Shown here piece by piece: positions 49,850 through 55,613 of a DNA stretch of 55,613 nt. Within the stretch, counting starts at the first letter, position 1. Each line of letters begins with the position of its first letter. A program made the position numbers and the translations under genes. The stretch comes from a virus (Duplodnaviria > Heunggongvirae > Uroviricota > Caudoviricetes), in IMG/VR virus record IMGVR_UViG_2744054912_000007; one strand, given 5' to 3'. The notes beneath the pieces were generated by a model. That model was not told the DNA's origin, did not search any database, and worked only from the letters and a program-made list of their open reading frames with translations.

Positions 49850-50125
49850 ATGATTACCAATTATGAAGCCACTGTTGTAACTACCGATGACATTGTTCAC
49901 GAGGTGAATCTGGAAGGAAAGCGCATTGGCTACGTAATTAAAACAGAAAATAAAGAAACCCCATTCACTGTGGTTGATATCGATGGTCCATCAGGCAACG
50001 TAAAAACACTTGATGAAGGTGTCAAAAAAATGTGCCTGGTGCATATCGGAAAGAATCTGCCCGCAGAAAAAAAAGCCGAATTTCTGGCAACTCTAATTGC
50101 AATGAAATTAAAAGGTGAAATCTGA
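49850..50125 (+). CDS. racC: RacC (91 aa)
   Basis: Internal start MITNYEATVVTTDD... gives the 91 aa of Rac RacC; the gene lies upstream of recE. Confidence 0.7.
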   Translation: MITNYEATVVTTDDIVHEVNLEGKRIGYVIKTENKETPFTVVDIDGPSGNVKTLDEGVKKMCLVHIGKNLPAEKKAEFLATLIAMKLKGEI

Positions 50126-50226
50126 AAGAAATAGCCTGCGTATGGCGCAGGCTATGAACAGTGTGTATCCGGCAAGATCATTCACTGAACAAAACGAATT
50201 TTAATCTGAGTTGAGGTTAAAAAACA

Positions 50227-52827
50227 ATGAGCACAAAACCACTCTTCCTGTTACGGAAAGCGAAAAAATCATCCGGTGAACCTGACGTCGTCCTGTGGGC
50301 AAGCAACGATTTTGAATCGACCTGTGCCACTCTGGACTACCTGATCGTTAAGTCAGGTAAAAAACTGAGCAGCTATTTTAAAGCTGTTGCCACGAATTTT
50401 CCTGTCGTTAATGACCTGCCCGCTGAAGGTGAGATCGATTTTACCTGGAGTGAACGCTATCAACTCAGCAAAGACTCCATGACATGGGAACTAAAACCGG
50501 GAGCAGCACCAGACAACGCTCACTATCAAGGCAATACCAACGTCAACGGCGAAGACATGACTGAGATTGAGGAGAATATGCTACTCCCAATTTCTGGCCA
50601 GGAACTGCCCATTCGTTGGCTTGCTCAACACGGCAGCGAAAAACCGGTAACGCACGTTTCACGCGACGGACTCCAGGCATTACACATTGCTCGGGCTGAA
50701 GAACTACCGGCTGTTACTGCCCTGGCTGTTTCCCACAAAACCAGCCTGCTCGACCCGCTGGAAATTCGCGAACTCCACAAACTGGTTCGTGACACTGACA
50801 AAGTTTTCCCTAATCCTGGTAATTCAAACCTGGGACTGATAACTGCTTTTTTCGAAGCATACCTGAACGCTGACTACACCGATCGAGGACTGCTGACAAA
50901 AGAGTGGATGAAGGGTAATCGTGTTTCACACATCACTCGCACGGCTTCCGGTGCTAATGCTGGCGGCGGAAACCTCACCGATCGCGGCGAAGGTTTCGTA
51001 CACGATCTGACGTCACTGGCGCGCGACGTAGCCACTGGCGTACTGGCCCGTTCAATGGATCTGGACATCTATAACCTTCATCCGGCACACGCTAAACGCA
51101 TTGAGGAAATTATCGCTGAAAATAAACCGCCCTTTTCTGTTTTCCGCGACAAATTCATCACCATGCCTGGCGGGCTGGATTATTCCCGCGCCATCGTGGT
51201 TGCGTCCGTAAAAGAAGCACCAATTGGGATCGAGGTCATCCCCGCGCACGTCACTGAATATCTGAACAAAGTACTGACTGAAACCGATCATGCCAACCCT
51301 GATCCGGAAATCGTGGATATTGCCTGCGGTCGCTCCTCTGCCCCGATGCCGCAGCGAGTAACAGAAGAAGGAAAACAGGATGATGAAGAAAAACCGCAAC
51401 CATCTGGAACAACGGCAGTTGAACAGGGAGAGGCTGAAACAATGGAACCGGACGCAACTGAACATCATCAGGACACGCAGCCGCTGGATGCTCAGTCACA
51501 GGTAAATTCTGTTGATGCGAAATATCAGGAACTGCGGGCAGAACTCCATGAAGCCCGGAAAAACATTCCATCAAAAAATCCTGTCGATGCCGATAAATTG
51601 CTTGCTGCATCACGTGGTGAATTTGTTGACGGAATTAGCGACCCGAACGATCCGAAATGGGTAAAGGGGATCCAGACTCGCGATTGTGTGTACCAGAACC
51701 AGCCAGAAACGGAAAAAACCAGCCCAGATATGAATCAACCTGAGCCAGTAGTGCAACAGGAACCGGAAATAGCCTGCAATGCCTGCGGCCAGACTGGCGG
51801 GGATAACTGCCCTGACTGTGGTGCGGTGATGGGCGACGCAACATACCAGGAAACATTCGCTGAAGAGAGTCAGGTTGAAGCTAAGGAAAATGATCCGGAG
51901 GAAATGGAAGGCGCTGAACATCCGCACAATGAGAATGCTGGCAGCGATCCGCATCGCGATTGCAGTGATGAAACTGGCGAAGTCGCAGATCCCGTAATCG
52001 TAGAAGACATAGAGCCAGGTATTTATTACGGAATTTCGAATGAGAATTACCACGCGGGTCCCGGTATCAGTAAGTCTCAGCTCGATGACATTGCTGATAC
52101 TCCGGCACTATATTTGTGGCGTAAAAATGCCCCCGTGGACACCACAAAGACAAAAACGCTCGATTTAGGAACTGCTTTCCACTGCCGGGTACTTGAACCG
52201 GAAGAATTCAGTAACCGCTTTATCGTAGCACCTGAATTTAACCGCCGTACAAACGCCGGAAAAGAAGAAGAGAAAGCGTTTCTGATGGAATGCGCAAGCA
52301 CAGGAAAAACGGTTATCACTGCGGAAGAAGGCCGGAAAATTGAACTCATGTATCAAAGCGTTATGGCTTTGCCGCTGGGGCAATGGCTTGTTGAAAGCGC
52401 CGGACACGCTGAATCATCAATTTACTGGGAAGATCCTGAAACAGGAATTTTGTGTCGGTGCCGTCCGGACAAAATTATCCCTGAATTTCACTGGATCATG
52501 GACGTGAAAACTACGGCGGATATTCAACGATTCAAAACCGCTTATTACGACTACCGCTATCACGTTCAGGATGCATTCTACAGTGACGGTTATGAAGCAC
52601 AGTTTGGAGTGCAGCCAACTTTCGTTTTTCTGGTTGCCAGCACAACTATTGAATGCGGACGTTATCCGGTTGAAATTTTCATGATGGGCGAAGAAGCAAA
52701 ACTGGCAGGTCAACAGGAATATCACCGCAATCTGCGAACCCTGTCTGACTGCCTGAATACCGATGAATGGCCAGCTATTAAGACATTATCACTGCCCCGC
52801 TGGGCTAAGGAATATGCAAATGACTAA
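50227..52827 (+). CDS. recE: Exodeoxyribonuclease VIII (RecE), 866 aa
   Basis: The length equals Rac RecE; the C-terminal nuclease domain carries PD-(D/E)xK-like motifs ([17 protein letters not shown] ... [10 protein letters not shown]); followed by recT. Confidence 0.9.
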   Translation: MSTKPLFLLRKAKKSSGEPDVVLWASNDFESTCATLDYLIVKSGKKLSSYFKAVATNFPVVNDLPAEGEIDFTWSERYQLSKDSMTWELKPGAAPDNAHYQGNTNVNGEDMTEIEENMLLPISGQELPIRWLAQHGSEKPVTHVSRDGLQALHIARAEELPAVTALAVSHKTSLLDPLEIRELHKLVRDTDKVFPNPGNSNLGLITAFFEAYLNADYTDRGLLTKEWMKGNRVSHITRTASGANAGGGNLTDRGEGFVHDLTSLARDVATGVLARSMDLDIYNLHPAHAKRIEEIIAENKPPFSVFRDKFITMPGGLDYSRAIVVASVKEAPIGIEVIPAHVTEYLNKVLTETDHANPDPEIVDIACGRSSAPMPQRVTEEGKQDDEEKPQPSGTTAVEQGEAETMEPDATEHHQDTQPLDAQSQVNSVDAKYQELRAELHEARKNIPSKNPVDADKLLAASRGEFVDGISDPNDPKWVKGIQTRDCVYQNQPETEKTSPDMNQPEPVVQQEPEIACNACGQTGGDNCPDCGAVMGDATYQETFAEESQVEAKENDPEEMEGAEHPHNENAGSDPHRDCSDETGEVADPVIVEDIEPGIYYGISNENYHAGPGISKSQLDDIADTPALYLWRKNAPVDTTKTKTLDLGTAFHCRVLEPEEFSNRFIVAPEFNRRTNAGKEEEKAFLMECASTGKTVITAEEGRKIELMYQSVMALPLGQWLVESAGHAESSIYWEDPETGILCRCRPDKIIPEFHWIMDVKTTADIQRFKTAYYDYRYHVQDAFYSDGYEAQFGVQPTFVFLVASTTIECGRYPVEIFMMGEEAKLAGQQEYHRNLRTLSDCLNTDEWPAIKTLSLPRWAKEYAND

Positions 52828-53629
52828 GCAACCACCAATCGCAAAAGCCGATCTGCAAAAAACTCAGGGAAACCGTGCACCAGCAGCAGTTAAAAATAGC
52901 GACGTGATTAGTTTTATTAACCAGCCATCAATGAAAGAGCAACTGGCAGCAGCTCTTCCACGCCATATGACGGCTGAACGTATGATCCGTATCGCCACCA
53001 CAGAAATTCGTAAAGTTCCGGCGTTAGGAAACTGTGACACTATGAGTTTTGTCAGTGCGATCGTACAGTGTTCACAGCTCGGACTTGAGCCAGGTAGCGC
53101 CCTCGGTCATGCATATTTACTGCCTTTTGGTAATAAAAACGAAAAGAGCGGTAAAAAGAACGTTCAGCTAATCATTGGCTATCGCGGCATGATTGATCTG
53201 GCTCGCCGTTCTGGTCAAATCGCCAGCCTGTCAGCCCGTGTTGTCCGTGAAGGTGACGAGTTTCGCTTCGAATTTGGCCTTGATGAAAAGTTAATACACC
53301 GCCCGGGAGAAAACGAAGATGCCCCGGTTACCCACGTCTATGCTGTCGCAAGACTGAAAGACGGAGGTACTCAGTTTGAAGTTATGACGCGCAAACAGAT
53401 TGAGCTGGTGCGCAGCCTGAGTAAAGCTGGTAATAACGGGCCGTGGGTAACTCACTGGGAAGAAATGGCAAAGAAAACGGCTATTCGTCGCCTGTTCAAA
53501 TATCTGCCCGTATCAATTGAGATCCAGCGTGCAGTATCAATGGATGAAAAGGAACCACTGACAATCGATCCTGCAGATTCCTCTGTATTAACCGGGGAAT
53601 ACAGTGTAATCGATAATTCAGAGGAATAA
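52820..53629 (+). CDS. recT: Recombinase RecT (single-strand annealing protein), 269 aa
   Basis: Start [14 protein letters not shown]... overlaps the recE stop (ATGACTAA); the length matches RecT. Confidence 0.9.
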   Translation: MTKQPPIAKADLQKTQGNRAPAAVKNSDVISFINQPSMKEQLAAALPRHMTAERMIRIATTEIRKVPALGNCDTMSFVSAIVQCSQLGLEPGSALGHAYLLPFGNKNEKSGKKNVQLIIGYRGMIDLARRSGQIASLSARVVREGDEFRFEFGLDEKLIHRPGENEDAPVTHVYAVARLKDGGTQFEVMTRKQIELVRSLSKAGNNGPWVTHWEEMAKKTAIRRLFKYLPVSIEIQRAVSMDEKEPLTIDPADSSVLTGEYSVIDNSEE

Positions 53630-53685
53630 TTCAGGCTGGCGGTGTAATGCACCGCCAACTTGAAATATTTTTTATGAGAAAAATT

Positions 53686-53880
53686 ATGAGATATGACAAT
53701 GTTAAACCATGTCCATTTTGTGGTTGTCCATCAGTAACGGTGAAAGCCATTTCAGGATATTACCGAGCGAAGTGTAACGGATGCGAATCCCGAACCGGTT
53801 ATGGTGGAAGTGAAAAAGAAACACTCGAAAGATGGAATAAACGAACCACTGGAAATAATAATGGAGGTGTTCATGTATAA
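53686..53880 (+). CDS. ralR: Restriction alleviation protein Lar/RalR (64 aa)
   Basis: Internal start MRYDNVKPCPFCGCPSVTVKAISGYYRAKCNGCESRTGYGG... with a Cys4 motif; the length matches RalR. Confidence 0.8.
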   Translation: MRYDNVKPCPFCGCPSVTVKAISGYYRAKCNGCESRTGYGGSEKETLERWNKRTTGNNNGGVHV

Positions 53881-54082
53881 AATTACCGCCACTATTGAAA
53901 AGGAAGGTGGCACTCCTACTAACTGGACAAGATATTCAAAATCTAAACTAACGAAATCAGAATGCGAAAAAATGCTCTCAGGTAAAAAAGAAGCAGGCGT
54001 TTCCAGAGAGCAGAAAGTAAAACTGATAAATTTTAATTGCGAGAAACTTCAGTCCTCGAGAATTGCATTGTATTCAAATTAA
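53873..54082 (+). CDS. ydaC: YdaC (69 aa)
   Basis: MYKITATIEKEGGTPTNWTRYSK...; the start overlaps the ralR stop (ATGTATAA). Confidence 0.7.
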   Translation: MYKITATIEKEGGTPTNWTRYSKSKLTKSECEKMLSGKKEAGVSREQKVKLINFNCEKLQSSRIALYSN

Positions 54083-54160
54083 AACTTCATAGCTGATTAT
54101 TAATAATCAACATCGGGCGTCAATTTCAGTCTAACATTGGCGCCTGCCAGAGGTGATGCG

Positions 54161-54376
54161 ATGGCACAAGTAATCTTTAATGAAGAGTGGATGGTTGAAT
54201 ACGGCCTGATGCTTCGCACTGGTCTGGGGGCCAGACAAATTGAAGCATACCGCCAGAACTGTTGGGTGGAGGGCTTCCACTTCAAACGAGTATCTCCTTT
54301 AGGTAAGCCAGACAGCAAACGAGGGATTATCTGGTACAACTATCCAAAGATAAATCAGTTTATCAAAGACTCATGA
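54161..54376 (+). CDS. xisR: Excisionase-like protein (XisR/YdaQ), 71 aa
   Basis: ATG start [32 protein letters not shown]...; the stop is 1 nt before the integrase start. Confidence 0.75.
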   Translation: MAQVIFNEEWMVEYGLMLRTGLGARQIEAYRQNCWVEGFHFKRVSPLGKPDSKRGIIWYNYPKINQFIKDS

Positions 54377-54377
54377 T

Positions 54378-55613
54378 ATGTCTAAATTACCAACAGGTGT
54401 CGAGATTAGAGGTAGATACATTCGCATCTGGTTCATGTTTCGAGGAAAACGATGTCGGGAAACATTAAAAGGCTGGGAGATTACAAACAGTAATATTAAA
54501 AAGGCCGGAAATTTAAGAGCGCTGATAGTTCATGAAATAAACTCCGGTGAATTTGAGTATTTAAGACGTTTTCCCCAGTCCAGCACTGGGGCAAAAATGG
54601 TGACAACGAGAGTCATAAAAACGTTCGGAGAGCTTTGTGATATCTGGACAAAAATTAAAGAGACAGAGTTAACAACAAACACAATGAAGAAAACGAAATC
54701 ACAATTAAAAACACTCAGAATAATAATTTGTGAAAGTACCCCGATATCACATATTCGTTATAGCGATATCTTAAACTACCGGAATGAACTGCTGCATGGA
54801 GAAACGCTTTACCTGGATAATCCAAGATCCAACAAAAAAGGAAGAACCGTGCGCACAGTTGATAACTATATCGCCCTGCTCTGTTCGCTGTTGCGTTTTG
54901 CGTATCAGTCGGGATTTATATCAACCAAACCATTTGAAGGAGTAAAAAAATTACAGCGAAACAGAATAAAGCCTGATCCGTTATCTAAAACAGAATTCAA
55001 TGCATTAATGGAAAGTGAAAAAGGACAGAGCCAGAACTTGTGGAAATTTGCCGTTTACTCAGGACTTCGTCACGGGGAACTGGCAGCTCTGGCGTGGGAG
55101 GATGTGGATCTCGAAAAGGGAATAGTGAATGTCAGAAGAAACCTGACGATACTTGATATGTTCGGTCCCCCAAAAACAAATGCCGGGATCCGAACAGTAA
55201 CACTACTGCAGCCTGCTCTTGAAGCACTGAAGGAGCAATACAAACTGACCGGGCATCATCGCAAAAGCGAAATCACCTTTTATCATCGGGAGTACGGCAG
55301 AACCGAAAAGCAAAAACTGCATTTTGTTTTCATGCCCAGGGTGTGTAACGGAAAACAAAAACCTTATTACTCGGTAAGCAGTTTGGGGGCAAGGTGGAAT
55401 GCAGCAGTAAAACGTGCTGGTATTCGCCGCCGTAATCCGTACCATACGCGGCATACTTTTGCCTGCTGGCTGTTGACGGCAGGAGCGAACCCGGCATTTA
55501 TAGCCAGCCAAATGGGGCATGAAACTGCGCAGATGGTGTATGAAATTTACGGTATGTGGATTGATGACATGAACGACGAACAGATAGCCATGTTGAATGC
55601 GCGGTTATCGTAG
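54378..55613 (+). CDS. intR: Tyrosine integrase (IntR), 411 aa
   Basis: C-terminal catalytic-domain residues (R...HxxR...Y context: NPYHTRHTFACWLL...MGHETAQMVYEIY); the length equals Rac IntR. The TAG stop is the last codon of the window. Confidence 0.9.
   Translation: MSKLPTGVEIRGRYIRIWFMFRGKRCRETLKGWEITNSNIKKAGNLRALIVHEINSGEFEYLRRFPQSSTGAKMVTTRVIKTFGELCDIWTKIKETELTTNTMKKTKSQLKTLRIIICESTPISHIRYSDILNYRNELLHGETLYLDNPRSNKKGRTVRTVDNYIALLCSLLRFAYQSGFISTKPFEGVKKLQRNRIKPDPLSKTEFNALMESEKGQSQNLWKFAVYSGLRHGELAALAWEDVDLEKGIVNVRRNLTILDMFGPPKTNAGIRTVTLLQPALEALKEQYKLTGHHRKSEITFYHREYGRTEKQKLHFVFMPRVCNGKQKPYYSVSSLGARWNAAVKRAGIRRRNPYHTRHTFACWLLTAGANPAFIASQMGHETAQMVYEIYGMWIDDMNDEQIAMLNARLS

Noticed and set aside
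51052-52725. Several 70-150 aa ORFs antisense to recE
   Set aside because: They overlap the well-supported recE reading frame, and their composition (Phe/Cys/Arg-rich) is not protein-like.
1-55613. CRISPR arrays or other long regular repeat arrays
   Set aside because: No evenly spaced direct repeats with unique spacers were seen. The only tandem repeats are the short iteron-like units at 46420-46500 and the coding repeats in stf.

Overview
The window is one nearly complete Rac-type lambdoid prophage of an Escherichia-like enterobacterium, lying in reverse orientation from the ynaE/pin end (position 1) to the integrase stop (55613). All calls rest on reading the six-frame translations and the DNA by eye, plus recalled family knowledge; no database search was run. 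Right to left the prophage carries int-xis-ydaC-ralR-recT-recE-racC-ydaE-kil on the + strand, then sieB, a repressor divergent from a Cro-like/CII-like/O-like early-right operon, a GC-rich transporter cargo block beside a DDE transposase, flxA and relB-relE-hokD, nin-like genes and a Q-like antiterminator, two moron lipoproteins, a pinholin/SAR-endolysin/Rz/Rz1 lysis cassette, the AT-rich trkG moron, a ParB-like nuclease plus a putative glycosyltransferase, and a full packaging, head and tail module ending in lom-stf-tfa. Unlike the deleted K-12 Rac remnant, the morphogenesis module is complete. The most interesting items are the two TolA-domain-III-like lipoproteins between Q and the holin, the ParB-like/GT-A-like pair upstream of the terminase, and the cargo block that sits where the helicase-loader gene is expected. 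Several genes under 60 aa missing from the ORF track (hokD, ydaG, ydaF, ydaE) were recovered by hand. No tRNA, rRNA or CRISPR array was seen.
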